Of a DNA stretch of 64,000 bases, positions 43,042 to 54,231 are shown piece by piece. Position numbers and translations under genes: made by a program. The notes under the pieces are model-generated. The model was not told where the DNA came from and made no database searches. It was given only the letters and a program-made list of their open reading frames with translations. Location of the stretch: IMG/VR virus record IMGVR_UViG_3300031521_000011, positions 64,001 to 128,000 of that record; one strand, 5' to 3'. Every line of letters starts with the position of its first letter. Position 1 is the stretch's first letter. This stretch comes from a virus.

Positions 43042-44964
43042 ATGATTTCCTATACAACGGATGTTGATGGAGCTAAATTAGAAGCCAGAATCGTAAACGG
43101 AGAACTTATAATCGTGCAAATGCTCGGATCGGTTGAAACTCCATTCACGAACCCAAATGCATATGCAATGATAACACCTATACCAGGATGTTCGACCTTG
43201 ACATGGGGTGATTTTGCAAGCCCGGCATGTATCAAGGGATGTCTCAAGACACCCGTTTCCACAAACGCCGGCATTCGGGCCAATATAACAATATTGGCTC
43301 AATCGATTGAGGCTCTCGGTAAGAAGTTGGGAGCTACTCCAGTTATTGTTCTTGGGTGGATTACTACTGCTCATTCAAAGCACATATCATCTGATAGCGC
43401 CCAGCTGAATGATCACTTTAATGGTCTGGCTGCGGATGTGAGATTTCTTGATTCAACCGGTAAAGATGTTGATATTAGGATGTTTTATGGTGCAGCCGTA
43501 ACAATAGGTCACTACGACACCTCATCTATAGTGCCAAGTGAACCAGGTACTTTCGTAAGGCCATTCTCGGCAATACTAATTCAGTCATCATTTGTGCATT
43601 TGTCAATAAGCAGCACGGCATCAAGTCAAGCTCCAGTTGCACCTCAATACAAAGGGAGCTTTGCATCCGATTGGGCTGAAGCCATTAACGGTAAATTACT
43701 CTCCGTACCATCTGGAGTGGCAATCCCGACTTCTACAAATGCTAATGTCTCGAAGTTGGATACCCTTGGTAGATTTGGAACATTGGGTGATATTTCAAAA
43801 TATCTCAAGGTAGATGCTGCAACGTTGTATTATATGAATTTCGGACATGCTTGCCCCATAGATACTGATCCAGCTACAGTGTCTGCAGTGCCTCTAACAT
43901 CTGTTTATTATCCGAATACACCAGCCAATGCGTTCTTGCTTGGTGCAGAGACTCACCAGGCTCTTGCAGCAAACAGTGATACTATAAAGGGTGGAATTAT
44001 CGCAGAGTATGCTGCTTCAAAAAGCGCCATGATGGTCATAAGTAGTGATATGGATAAATATGTTGCAGATGGCATGACATTGGCACAAGCAGCAAATGCA
44101 GAGGCTATAGCTGAAGTTTCTTCATTGAAAGGAACAGATGATAGCTATAAATCCGCAAGGACATATGTTCGCACACATGCACTGAAGTCTGTACCATATG
44201 AGCGTGCCTGTTTGGTTGTGACTACCCAAACAAAAACTACATACATAGATTTTGTGCTTAATCCAAACTCGCTCAATATTGGATACTCCAATGTCGTTAC
44301 CCCACAAAAGACTAGCGCTGGTTGGTTTCTGTCAAGACAAGGAGGAAATCTTATCAGCATCTCATTTACCGGAAATCTATTTGATGCAGTGAATATTGAA
44401 GAAAAGCATCTATTCTTAGAGGCGTACAAGCAAAATTGTGTTGACCAGAAAACAATGAGCGACGAGTATGTAAACGAATCTATTGTATATCTGTATATCG
44501 AAGGCGTGAAGTATACAGGATATGTTAGTTCCATAAATCTAGTGAAATCTACACAGCAGCAGGTTACCTATTCCTATTCTCTTTCCTTTATCGGTGTAGA
44601 TGACACATATATGCAGTATAAAATGAAAAATGGAGATTCTACTTCTAGTGATTCTTACTTTACTGGGGATAAGAATACAGATGATGATACTGATCCGTCG
44701 CCATCTGGACATTCCACGGGGGATGTAATTATCAATCCGCCTCCGCCGTCCCATAATCCAGATCCTGTAGTTAAATTCAAAACAGCCAAGGTTACAGCTT
44801 CTTCGCTAAATGTGAGATCTGGTCCCGGGACGAATTATAAAGTCGTAAGTAGCAAGCGCAAAAATGACTCAATAACCATATACGGCACAAAAAAGCCGTG
44901 GCTTAAGATTGACAAAACAAAGAATTTGTGGCTACATGGTTCCTATACGACTTATAAATTCTGA
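43042..44964 (+). CDS. tail tube initiator-like protein with M15-like peptidase, LysM-like and SH3b domains
   Basis: H..G.AAD...FVH (M15 Zn site), TLGDISKYLKV...LYYMN (LysM-like), FVLNPNSL (tube initiator-like), LNVRSGPGTNY...W (SH3b). Confidence 0.7.
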   Translation: MISYTTDVDGAKLEARIVNGELIIVQMLGSVETPFTNPNAYAMITPIPGCSTLTWGDFASPACIKGCLKTPVSTNAGIRANITILAQSIEALGKKLGATPVIVLGWITTAHSKHISSDSAQLNDHFNGLAADVRFLDSTGKDVDIRMFYGAAVTIGHYDTSSIVPSEPGTFVRPFSAILIQSSFVHLSISSTASSQAPVAPQYKGSFASDWAEAINGKLLSVPSGVAIPTSTNANVSKLDTLGRFGTLGDISKYLKVDAATLYYMNFGHACPIDTDPATVSAVPLTSVYYPNTPANAFLLGAETHQALAANSDTIKGGIIAEYAASKSAMMVISSDMDKYVADGMTLAQAANAEAIAEVSSLKGTDDSYKSARTYVRTHALKSVPYERACLVVTTQTKTTYIDFVLNPNSLNIGYSNVVTPQKTSAGWFLSRQGGNLISISFTGNLFDAVNIEEKHLFLEAYKQNCVDQKTMSDEYVNESIVYLYIEGVKYTGYVSSINLVKSTQQQVTYSYSLSFIGVDDTYMQYKMKNGDSTSSDSYFTGDKNTDDDTDPSPSGHSTGDVIINPPPPSHNPDPVVKFKTAKVTASSLNVRSGPGTNYKVVSSKRKNDSITIYGTKKPWLKIDKTKNLWLHGSYTTYKF

Positions 44965-44972
44965 TAGGAGAT

Positions 44973-47900
44973 TTGTCAATGAGAACCATCGAGGCAATTC
45001 CTGGATACTTAATCTTCTTTGACGATATTAGGGTGGACCAGTTCGTTAAAAGCTTCAGTGTGAATTTATCTACTGATGGCGCAATGGGACAGGCCAGTTT
45101 TGATATGCTCTATTTGCCAGATCTAGCGTCGCAAGATTTTCGCGGTGTGGATGATGAGCTTTATAAAGTAATTGACACCATAGACAATATGACAAATGCG
45201 AAGGTGTTTATTAAAAATATCTTTTCAAACAAATATATGCAAGTATTTGACGGCAATATAAAGGGAAAGTCAGTAACTCGGTCACCGAATGGAAACACAT
45301 TGGTGTATAGCGCCATTGACTACATGGGGTGGCTTAATCGTACAATCGTTCCACTCCAAATACCAGTGGCGCAGAGAAAATTCAACCTGGATACTCTGCG
45401 TTGGAACGCAAATGGTGTGGACATCAATAAGGTGTGGTTGATGTCTAATGATGCAACTCTTGGATTTAAGGGCAAGAATGTTAAGCAGATGATGGCGATT
45501 ATCTCCAATCAGGCTCTTGCCAGCAACAAACTTTATTCACAAGACGGAAGTGTTGCGGTATGGGATAATGCCATTGGCCGTATTGATATAATGGGTGATA
45601 TTGATGCGCGTTGGCGCAATCCTGGCATTTTGGATTTCGTTATTAATCCACAACTTCAGAGCGTTCAGTCTTTCTATGTTTTTGCCAACGACCTGGTAAG
45701 CAAATTAATGTTTGAATTCTATCAGGATCGAGATGGAAAAATTCGCATCAAGCCTCCATTCTGGAATCAGCCAGTAATGAAAAGCCATATCATAGATGCC
45801 TCCATGATATTTGAAATATCTGAAAGATGTGATTGGACTCAGGGCAAAACCAGGGTCATTACCACCGGTGGAATTGAGGACATATATACTACAACAGGAA
45901 ATGTTGCCGCTCAAACAATCGTTACTCCAATCAATGTGTATGTTGGCGGAGGTTTTGGTGGTAAGGCATACACTATGTCTAATGTATTTCAGGAAAATCT
46001 GTTTTCAACAGATGGTGGTACTAAGGTTATAGATGGCGGTGGAGATTCTGTTTTCAAGAGTGTCAAGGAAAGCTTTTCATCATTAACCCTTGGTGCGCGA
46101 GCTCATGTTCAAAGGCTTGCGCTCTATAGTCGCGGAAAAATATTGAGCAGCGCTAAAATCGTTGATAATGGATATGCTGCCATCAAGAATAGCCCAACCG
46201 CAGGTCAGACAAAAAAATGGTCTGACATAAATAGTATATGGTTCTCAGATGGCGGAGTCGATACTGGAGCCAATGGACAATATTCAAAGAATATTGTCGA
46301 TACATTTAACTCCATGAAGTTAATTTCGTATATAGCTGGACAAACCGGGCCTTATGACTCAGTCGATACAACTCCATCCGGATATGATGTTGAAATTATT
46401 CCAGCCTCCGGAGACTTTACTAGCAATGGTGCGACTACACAGCAGATCGTTCAATATATTAGAAATAAGACTAATGGATTTGAGTCCATTAGTCTACCTC
46501 GTGTTGATGGAAAGAATCCGTGGTCCACCAAAGAGGCATTTGTGACGGATTTTGTTTCACAGTATATAATTGAGGCTATAGCGGAAAAAATGACACCGGG
46601 ACTCGTTATCGCCCAGGCTCTCGTATCCACCATGACCTTAACGAGTATCGATGTAACGGGTGGTCTTAAGATTATGGGAGACAGCAAGGTTGGTAGTCAA
46701 CCAGAGAGAAAGCTTATCGATGGCGATATGAACTTTGCTTTCCTATATTATATAGTAGAAAATAAAACCGGGGATACTGGCGATACTGGCGATACTGGCA
46801 ATACTGGCGATACCGGAAATACAACCCCAAACAACACCAATAAAGATGTATTCACAAGCGACGGTAGCCCGAGTTCCGCCGGAGCAATGCTTGGAGCTAT
46901 AATAAAATCAAGAGTTGGTGGCGGATATGTATATGCGACAGGATATAATGCAGTCAAGGGTAGAGCTGGAACAATTTGTACTGAATCAGTTATCCAGACG
47001 GCTGCACATAATCATCCCGTGGCATTTGCTGAAGTAATAAAGAAAGGAAAATGGAAAGGCAAGACGATCTTAGAGGTTGCTAGACAGTGGCTTGGATATG
47101 AAACATGGGATTGTTCTGGCTTGGTTACATGGGCTTGCGTACAGATTGGTATACCCAGATCACTCGTTGGGAATTGCAATGCCATATTCCACGTAAATGG
47201 AAAGCATCCTGGTGTTTTAAAAATAATGAAGAATGCCGGTATGGGTGGGCGTATTTCAAATACTGAGCCCGTACAGGTGGGAGACTTACTGTTCTGTCTT
47301 AGTTCTAGTAGTGAATCTCACCACATTGGTATGGTTTCAGATATACAAGGATCCGTTAAATATGTTACTGAGGCATCCAGTACTACGTCCGGAGTTGTTC
47401 ATGGTCCAATGAAGTCTACAAAATGGAGGGTATGGGCCAGATGGGACTTTACCCATACTGCAATGCGTGGCGATGCTGGAAGAGCGTATGCCCCCCCAAC
47501 CAGGCTTGAAATTCCCGCGCTTACAAAGGGCGGTAAAACTGGTACTGGCAATTCGACAGATATAGGTGATACTGGAGATACTGGAGATACAACTCCTGAT
47601 GAAGAAGATGTTAGCAATGTTGCCAATCTCAGTCAATTATTGAAGTGTTCACAAGAAGAACTTCGATATGGCGCTAACGTACTTGAGGTATCTCAGCCGC
47701 TTATTCGGTTCAGTACAATGAATGCTACAGCAGTCAGTGTACAGGGAGCAGATAGTAAATCCATGAGTGCGCTTGCTGCGTATAGTAGGTTTATGTATTT
47801 TTTATCAAATTCAATGACGAGAACTGCATCAGTTAGTATGATTGGTGCTCCATGGTTGCGCCCTGGGTTTAATGCCTGGGTGGATCCAACTCATACTGAT

Positions 47901-49205
47901 AAAATCTATTACATAAATACTGTTTCTCATAGTGGAAACCCACACAGCGGAGTGACAACATCACTCGGCTTAGTAATGGGCAGAACGAGAAATGATTTCG
48001 TTAGCGATAATGCCGATGTGTTTGGGCGTTTGTCTAAGGATAAAACCGACATTGTATTTGTTAATGAAATTTCTAAAACCGCATCAGAATTCGGCCCTGT
48101 TATAGACTCGGCTGCTGCATTCGAGTCTGTAAGGAAAAATCTGGTATCATTTCACAAGGGTGATTCTGCTGTTATAAAGGCGGATAGATGCTCAATCGCA
48201 TCTTTATACATCAATGATAATAATGACTCGACTATCGATAACCAGAACACCAATGGTTACGTTGCCGATATAAGAGGAGTATCTGGAACATTGGAATCTG
48301 GAGATTATTACATTCCGGACTTTACGTCATTAAAGAGGGGCAACTCGGGTGCGTCCGTGAAGTGGGTGCAAGAGGTTCTATCGAAAACAGGATATGATAT
48401 TGGAACCATTGATGGGGTGTTCGATGAGCAGTTAGAGAAGGCAGTAAAAAGTTTCCAGAAAACATTCTCCGTAGGCACATATACTGGAATCGTTGATACA
48501 AAAACAAAAAATGCCCTACTTGGACAGTTGGCTACATACGCTATGCTCGCATTTCCTGAACTTGGAAATGTTTATAATGTTTTCTCTAAAGACTTAAAAC
48601 TTGGCGATTATCTTATTGCCGTAACAACTCTGTGCAGAATAATCAATAGGTATTTCTATAATCTATGGGGCGGCGCCAGTGAAGAAGACTCTAGTTGGCC
48701 AGATCCAGATCCCAAATACCCAAGTGCGAGACTGCCATTACCAATGCCTGATGTACCAAATCCTAATGGCCCACCAAATTCAAAGACAGGCGAAGTACCA
48801 AGTGTTTTTGATGCTATAGTAGGAGATACCTTGAGTCATTATATTCAAGATTTCTTCCTAAATATTCCAATAACAGGGAAACTTGATTATAAAACAAGGG
48901 CCGCTATGTTGGTGGCTATATGTTATATTGGAAATCTCGATATAAGCCGCAGGATATCAAATGAAACCGTAGATCCCAATGTGGCACCTGAGAAGATATC
49001 GGTTCCTACCGGCGCAAAGGTTACGGCAGCATACCTCGGCGGCATGCATTCCCTGGATGATATCCAGAAGACATTGACGGCAATCTATAAGCAATCAGGC
49101 ATGGGTAAGGTTATTAAGGATCGAGGTACCATTATTCGCGCCGGTTTAAGCCTCTGCAAGAAGAATGCATACAAGTATTACATCATGTCATTGAAGGGAG
49201 GATAA
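44973..49205 (+). CDS. baseplate hub protein with NlpC/P60 and peptidoglycan-binding domains
   Basis: EFYQDRDGKIRIKPP and GAPWLRPG...YYI..V.H hub motifs; WDCSGLV...GDLLF...HIG..EAS (NlpC/P60); LKRG.SG..VK..Q..L...DG.FD...AVK.FQ (PG-binding). Confidence 0.8.
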   Translation: MSMRTIEAIPGYLIFFDDIRVDQFVKSFSVNLSTDGAMGQASFDMLYLPDLASQDFRGVDDELYKVIDTIDNMTNAKVFIKNIFSNKYMQVFDGNIKGKSVTRSPNGNTLVYSAIDYMGWLNRTIVPLQIPVAQRKFNLDTLRWNANGVDINKVWLMSNDATLGFKGKNVKQMMAIISNQALASNKLYSQDGSVAVWDNAIGRIDIMGDIDARWRNPGILDFVINPQLQSVQSFYVFANDLVSKLMFEFYQDRDGKIRIKPPFWNQPVMKSHIIDASMIFEISERCDWTQGKTRVITTGGIEDIYTTTGNVAAQTIVTPINVYVGGGFGGKAYTMSNVFQENLFSTDGGTKVIDGGGDSVFKSVKESFSSLTLGARAHVQRLALYSRGKILSSAKIVDNGYAAIKNSPTAGQTKKWSDINSIWFSDGGVDTGANGQYSKNIVDTFNSMKLISYIAGQTGPYDSVDTTPSGYDVEIIPASGDFTSNGATTQQIVQYIRNKTNGFESISLPRVDGKNPWSTKEAFVTDFVSQYIIEAIAEKMTPGLVIAQALVSTMTLTSIDVTGGLKIMGDSKVGSQPERKLIDGDMNFAFLYYIVENKTGDTGDTGDTGNTGDTGNTTPNNTNKDVFTSDGSPSSAGAMLGAIIKSRVGGGYVYATGYNAVKGRAGTICTESVIQTAAHNHPVAFAEVIKKGKWKGKTILEVARQWLGYETWDCSGLVTWACVQIGIPRSLVGNCNAIFHVNGKHPGVLKIMKNAGMGGRISNTEPVQVGDLLFCLSSSSESHHIGMVSDIQGSVKYVTEASSTTSGVVHGPMKSTKWRVWARWDFTHTAMRGDAGRAYAPPTRLEIPALTKGGKTGTGNSTDIGDTGDTGDTTPDEEDVSNVANLSQLLKCSQEELRYGANVLEVSQPLIRFSTMNATAVSVQGADSKSMSALAAYSRFMYFLSNSMTRTASVSMIGAPWLRPGFNAWVDPTHTDKIYYINTVSHSGNPHSGVTTSLGLVMGRTRNDFVSDNADVFGRLSKDKTDIVFVNEISKTASEFGPVIDSAAAFESVRKNLVSFHKGDSAVIKADRCSIASLYINDNNDSTIDNQNTNGYVADIRGVSGTLESGDYYIPDFTSLKRGNSGASVKWVQEVLSKTGYDIGTIDGVFDEQLEKAVKSFQKTFSVGTYTGIVDTKTKNALLGQLATYAMLAFPELGNVYNVFSKDLKLGDYLIAVTTLCRIINRYFYNLWGGASEEDSSWPDPDPKYPSARLPLPMPDVPNPNGPPNSKTGEVPSVFDAIVGDTLSHYIQDFFLNIPITGKLDYKTRAAMLVAICYIGNLDISRRISNETVDPNVAPEKISVPTGAKVTAAYLGGMHSLDDIQKTLTAIYKQSGMGKVIKDRGTIIRAGLSLCKKNAYKYYIMSLKGG

Positions 49206-49209
49206 ATTA

Positions 49210-50124
49210 TTGGGTATATATAATAAGCAACAATTTGAGAATACCCAAAGGATTCGGAATATTGAAGGAACAACATTTGTTGATCTGGAGATTTGTCGGG
49301 TTGAGGAAATTGATTCTGAAGCTATGACACTTACCGTATCTCGTCTCTCTAACAGCACGATGCTTCGCAATATACGATTCTGTACTCCAATGAGATACCT
49401 GGATAACGGAATATTTATCATGCCCGAGGTAGGTACATTATGTGTATTGGCAACAACACGCCGGCAAGAGCTGTTTGTCATCAGTTTTTTATCGTACTCC
49501 ACTCTAAAGGATACAGGTGAGGTCCTTGAACCCGGCGAGATAATGCTTCAGTCAGTCGGAGAGGGATTCATCAAACTTGATGGATCGGGGAGAGTCGTCA
49601 TTTCCTCCAGTTCTGGTAGCTTCATTCGATTCGATAAAGATGTCATAGTCGAGGATAGCCTTGCTTTGACATCCAGAACAGCCGCGCGTGAAATACTCAG
49701 CGGCAGCATCGATGGCGTCATCCAGGACATTGAAAAATATTACAATGCCAGCGTCTCGAGCGATGTCAGCCTGGACCAACTCGTTGGAAAAATTCTCTCC
49801 GGATATGATGTTGATGTGGATGTACCCACCCCGGTGCTCATTATTAAGAAGGGAAATGTGCTAAAGGATAATGGGGATCCGGACAGTTTGACGTCTCCGG
49901 CGCTGCCGGCTCCCGTAAATGCATGCTGGTCTTTGGAGGTTTTCAATACAAGCACAGGAATTAGTGCATGTAAATTAATGATTGGCGTAGATGGCTCTAT
50001 CCAATTGGTCGCAAATCGAGTATTATTGAAGTGTAATGAAATGGACCTTACGGAAGTTGTGGCTATGAAGCCGGATTTCTCTAAGTGGGATTCTTACGAC
50101 GATACTTATGAGGGCACCCATTAA
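49210..50124 (+). CDS. baseplate spike/gpV-like protein
   Basis: N-terminal OB fold with G.F.MPEVG..CV; follows the hub. Confidence 0.65.
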   Translation: MGIYNKQQFENTQRIRNIEGTTFVDLEICRVEEIDSEAMTLTVSRLSNSTMLRNIRFCTPMRYLDNGIFIMPEVGTLCVLATTRRQELFVISFLSYSTLKDTGEVLEPGEIMLQSVGEGFIKLDGSGRVVISSSSGSFIRFDKDVIVEDSLALTSRTAAREILSGSIDGVIQDIEKYYNASVSSDVSLDQLVGKILSGYDVDVDVPTPVLIIKKGNVLKDNGDPDSLTSPALPAPVNACWSLEVFNTSTGISACKLMIGVDGSIQLVANRVLLKCNEMDLTEVVAMKPDFSKWDSYDDTYEGTH

Positions 50125-50136
50125 GGAGGATTAGCT

Positions 50137-50979
50137 ATGCACTACAAAGAATATGAGATCGAAAAATTGGCATTGGCCAAAAAAAAATACGACACAGATA
50201 AGGAAAAGGATCTAATAAAGAGATACAAGGATACTAAGGATCCTTTTCTTTTTACTAAAATTCTCTATGAATTCAAGCCTGTAATAGACACGGCCATTCG
50301 CAAGTCTGGAAATCAGGATGTTGGGGATTCTGCTGCAGTTAGAGGCCGGGCATATGAGGCCGTGAAGAGCGCGGTTGAGAGTTATAATCCCAATATGAAC
50401 CGCAAGCCAAGCAGTCACATTCATGATACGATCTACTATGCCCTTAAGAAGGCTGGATATCGTGCACAGAACGAAGCTCGTATGGGCGAGCAGGACACAA
50501 TTGACAGTGGGTATATAAACATCGCAGAAAATGTTCTGAAAAGAGAACACACTCCGATCAATACTGTCTCAATTTTAAATGAAGTCACGAAAATGAAGGG
50601 CAGCAAGGGCTTAAAGAAGATTACCACAGACCAGATCGAGAGAGTAAAGGGCATGCAGCGCCGCAGCCTATCTGGGGGAAGAATTGTCTCTGGAGAAGGA
50701 GAAGATATTCGGCTTGAGGATATTTTCAACACCGGTGGAACACGCACTACGGATATCGTCGAGGATGAATACGACAAGGACATTGTGCAGGGATTCCTTG
50801 CCAGACTCTCTCCTACAGAACGCGGTGTTGTCAAAGATAGACATGGCCTTGGGCCAAATACTCAGCCTGAGATGTCATGGAACTATGTTGCGCTGAATAA
50901 TAATCTGTCAAGTTCCTACATGGCGAAGAGGGTCTATGCAGATGCAATTCGCAAACTTAAAGATATGAGGCGTACATAA
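50137..50979 (+). CDS. RNA polymerase sigma70-family factor
   Basis: Region 2-like (AYEAVKSAVESYNP...KPSS...) and region 4-like (LSPTERGVV...GL...MSW..VA...AIRKLK); AAGGAGG RBS. Confidence 0.75.
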   Translation: MHYKEYEIEKLALAKKKYDTDKEKDLIKRYKDTKDPFLFTKILYEFKPVIDTAIRKSGNQDVGDSAAVRGRAYEAVKSAVESYNPNMNRKPSSHIHDTIYYALKKAGYRAQNEARMGEQDTIDSGYINIAENVLKREHTPINTVSILNEVTKMKGSKGLKKITTDQIERVKGMQRRSLSGGRIVSGEGEDIRLEDIFNTGGTRTTDIVEDEYDKDIVQGFLARLSPTERGVVKDRHGLGPNTQPEMSWNYVALNNNLSSSYMAKRVYADAIRKLKDMRRT

Positions 50980-51762
50980 ATGAGTTATCCAGGTTTGGAG
51001 GCCGGGGAAGTAGCCCCAAATTCTGTCGTTTTTAATATTGCAAGCACGCTGAATAATCAGAATATTCAGTCGGCTTTGTCTTTACTAAATACATGGAATC
51101 CTTCAGACATGGCAAAGCAGAGAGCCGTATTGGCAAGCTACATTGCATCAATTGATACTGAGCTCCAGGGTAAAAAGGAAATCTTACTGCGAATGATATA
51201 TGTACAACATTTGGAGAAAGATTCGTTTGGGACAGTTAATCAGTGGGTGCCGGCTATCTTGCCGCAACTCCAGCAGCAATTTGCCAAAGTAGCATCAAAT
51301 GCTGAGGAGCAGAGATTGCAGCTCGTTCAGATGGGTATGAATATATCACCTGGAAAGACTCCAGATCAATCAGTGACCACATCTACACTCCAGGCGAGGG
51401 AAGTTCTAAATCGCTACACCTTTACTATGAATTACTACAAGGAATTTTCTGTATTCATAACAGACTGCGCCAGTATTATGAAAGAGGTAAACACCCAACG
51501 GGAGTCAAATAGTGCGATTCTGTCCAAGATCAATAAATTAACAGCGTCCACAGCGCAAGCGATAAAAAATATTTTAGATAATCGCTCCAAAGTGGACAAT
51601 AAATTAGCTATAATATCTATGTGCAATGCGATTATCTCAAGACTAAGTGTAGACGGCAAAACAACGCAGTGGCTATGTGAAAAAAGTTTGGATGAAGCGA
51701 AGGTGTGGCTCGATGGCGCAAACATTAAAGTTGATTCATTCCTGTCCCCATATGCAGGCTAA
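50980..51762 (+). CDS. hypothetical coiled-coil virion protein
   Basis: Helical; baseplate operon. Confidence 0.55.
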   Translation: MSYPGLEAGEVAPNSVVFNIASTLNNQNIQSALSLLNTWNPSDMAKQRAVLASYIASIDTELQGKKEILLRMIYVQHLEKDSFGTVNQWVPAILPQLQQQFAKVASNAEEQRLQLVQMGMNISPGKTPDQSVTTSTLQAREVLNRYTFTMNYYKEFSVFITDCASIMKEVNTQRESNSAILSKINKLTASTAQAIKNILDNRSKVDNKLAIISMCNAIISRLSVDGKTTQWLCEKSLDEAKVWLDGANIKVDSFLSPYAG

Positions 51763-52441
51763 GACTACAGATACATGGGTGGAGAAGCTTGTGACCAGGG
51801 GAAATTTGGAATATGACATAATTGACAGCAGGAGGGTTTCTAAAATCCTCTTGGTATGTCAGAATCCAATACCCAGCACGATTCATATATATGAGAGCGG
51901 ACCCGACTTTATGCTTTACACGCACAACAAGATACGCTGGATTGGAAATGATAAGCCGACGGAATCAAGCCAGTATAGTATCATATATATTGTTCAGGAC
52001 GTTTCTAACCAGCAGTATAATATAGATAACTGTCCTGTATGTGGCGGCAATGGGTGGTATGCAGGGATCATAGATGAGGTTACTGGCAAGTTTGAAATTG
52101 TTTCAGGAATTGATAAACTGACTCAAGATGTAATTAAGTTTATCCTTACAGTCCAAAAGGGAAACTATGGAACAACGCTTAAGTCTATCATAGGAAAAAA
52201 TATGTCTAATGAAAGTGCGCTGCGAGAGCAAATTACATCTACCATCTCCATAATGGAGCAACAATACAAAGAGACTCAGGCAAGCGCCATCATGGAAGGC
52301 ATGGAGGTTTCAGACAGCGAACTTCTTGATTATATTTATGTCTCGGAGCTGGAAATCGACAGTGAAGCGGCATCGGTGTATATAACAATACATGCATATA
52401 GCGTGTCTCGAGAGAGCGCAAAAGTAACGTTAAAGGTATGA
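51713..52441 (+). CDS. baseplate wedge gp25-like protein with Zn motif
   Basis: CPH...CPVC.G.G; KLTQDVIKFILT...YGT.L..IIG. Confidence 0.7.
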   Translation: MAQTLKLIHSCPHMQAKTTDTWVEKLVTRGNLEYDIIDSRRVSKILLVCQNPIPSTIHIYESGPDFMLYTHNKIRWIGNDKPTESSQYSIIYIVQDVSNQQYNIDNCPVCGGNGWYAGIIDEVTGKFEIVSGIDKLTQDVIKFILTVQKGNYGTTLKSIIGKNMSNESALREQITSTISIMEQQYKETQASAIMEGMEVSDSELLDYIYVSELEIDSEAASVYITIHAYSVSRESAKVTLKV

Positions 52442-52452
52442 GGTGATAGATC

Positions 52453-54231
52453 ATGGCAGATGTTTCGTTGAGAATTACCGATGTCATTGAGATGATGGCA
52501 GGTTATATGAGAAGTAGGGTCAGGGCTGAGTATCCCGATATTGATGTATCGGATGGCAGTCCATTCGACGATATCTTCATAGCTCCTATGAAAGAAATCT
52601 TTTCCCCATTTGTGACTATCGTTAATGAGATTGAAATTCGTAACGATACTCCGAATGCTGCCGCATTGCCAAAGGCGATGCTTGATGAGCTTGGACAAGG
52701 AAGTTACTTTATGGTGCGCAGGGCCGGATCAAAGGCCACCGGTGAGGTAATATTTTCTTTCAAATCCATATCAGACACTCTCAACCTGATAATCCCAAAG
52801 GGGGTTATGCTCAGCACGAATGATGGATACTCCTATCAGGTATTTACTAGATTAGAGCTCTCACCGTTAGAGCTGTATGCGATGTATAACACCACAACCT
52901 TTATGTATGATATTCCCGTGCCAGTCGAAGCTCTCGATTTTGGCGAAGAATACAACGTAAATGCATACAGAGTTACCACCGTCGACACTGTATTTAGCAC
53001 AAGTCTTGCTTATGTTAAAAACATATCTCCAATGACCGGAGGAGCTTCAGAGGAATCCAATGAAGAATATTGGGATAGAATCAAATCCTTTTATATCTCC
53101 AGGCAACTTGGTACGATCCCGGGGTATAAACAGTTCATTTTTGAAAACTTCCCAGAGATTGATGAGATATATGTATCCGGCCTCGGTGATAAGTATATGA
53201 CCAGAGACACTATTGAATATACAGATGATGGCGTAAATAAGACCGTGACTGCTGGCGGTAAAATTGATATATATTTAAGGGGTGGTTCCTATAGCTCAGT
53301 AAAGAGTCAGGGCATAGCTAGAAACCTGAATCTACTGATTCAGGGAGCTATATATAGTACCATCGATATTACAGGAATTTCCGTATACAGGCTTGCTGAT
53401 GGACCTGGACATCCAAAAGGGCGCACCGTAACTGAGTTCAGTCCGGGGACCGGACTTTCAACGCAGGCGCTTGTTGTTGTTGCAAGCACAGGCATATCTG
53501 TAGGAGATACTCTATGTGTTAGCTATTCCTATAGTCTTGATGGCGGCACTACCACGCTTACATCAACAGAAACATTTCCAATAAAGCTGTTAACGATACC
53601 GCTCTCTTGTCCTTTTGAGGATATTATATCGATTCGTAATCTGACCCAGAATTACTACGTTGACATCTCCAACAATGCAAACTACAACATTACCACTATC
53701 AGTGATTTAGATTATGAGAATACTTCCAAGGAAGAAAAGACCATCACGATAACTGATGCCGGCAGGCATAATGGGGATGTTATGGAGGTTGTCTATTCCT
53801 ACAACCAGACAATAAACGTTCTAAATAACTTCTTCAACATAGAAGAGAATAGGATCGTAACAACAGACATTCTGCTCAAAGAAGCGCTTATTAAGTATAT
53901 TAACATCTCCATGGTAATACACATGGGACCCGATTATACATATACCTCTGACATTGCCACAAGCCTCAGAAACTCAGCAGAGCAATATTTTGGACAATTG
54001 ACCATGGGGCAATCTGTACAAGAGCCTGACTTGATCAACGCACTATATACCAATGAAAATGTTGGCGGAGCGATCGCCTACATCAACTTCCCATTGCAGG
54101 CTATGTATGTGGCAGTAGATCCTGATGCAGAGATTAGCTATAGTGCCAGGGTAGGCACATCACCAATAATCATTACGACTGAAGAAAGACAGTACGCACT
54201 GCTGAATAAAGTCGAAATTGAGGTTGTGTAA
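52453..54231 (+). CDS. baseplate J-like wedge protein
   Basis: R..GSKATG.V.F, IPKG, VEA...G..YN, TGGA.EES.EE...RI. Confidence 0.85.
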   Translation: MADVSLRITDVIEMMAGYMRSRVRAEYPDIDVSDGSPFDDIFIAPMKEIFSPFVTIVNEIEIRNDTPNAAALPKAMLDELGQGSYFMVRRAGSKATGEVIFSFKSISDTLNLIIPKGVMLSTNDGYSYQVFTRLELSPLELYAMYNTTTFMYDIPVPVEALDFGEEYNVNAYRVTTVDTVFSTSLAYVKNISPMTGGASEESNEEYWDRIKSFYISRQLGTIPGYKQFIFENFPEIDEIYVSGLGDKYMTRDTIEYTDDGVNKTVTAGGKIDIYLRGGSYSSVKSQGIARNLNLLIQGAIYSTIDITGISVYRLADGPGHPKGRTVTEFSPGTGLSTQALVVVASTGISVGDTLCVSYSYSLDGGTTTLTSTETFPIKLLTIPLSCPFEDIISIRNLTQNYYVDISNNANYNITTISDLDYENTSKEEKTITITDAGRHNGDVMEVVYSYNQTINVLNNFFNIEENRIVTTDILLKEALIKYINISMVIHMGPDYTYTSDIATSLRNSAEQYFGQLTMGQSVQEPDLINALYTNENVGGAIAYINFPLQAMYVAVDPDAEISYSARVGTSPIIITTEERQYALLNKVEIEVV

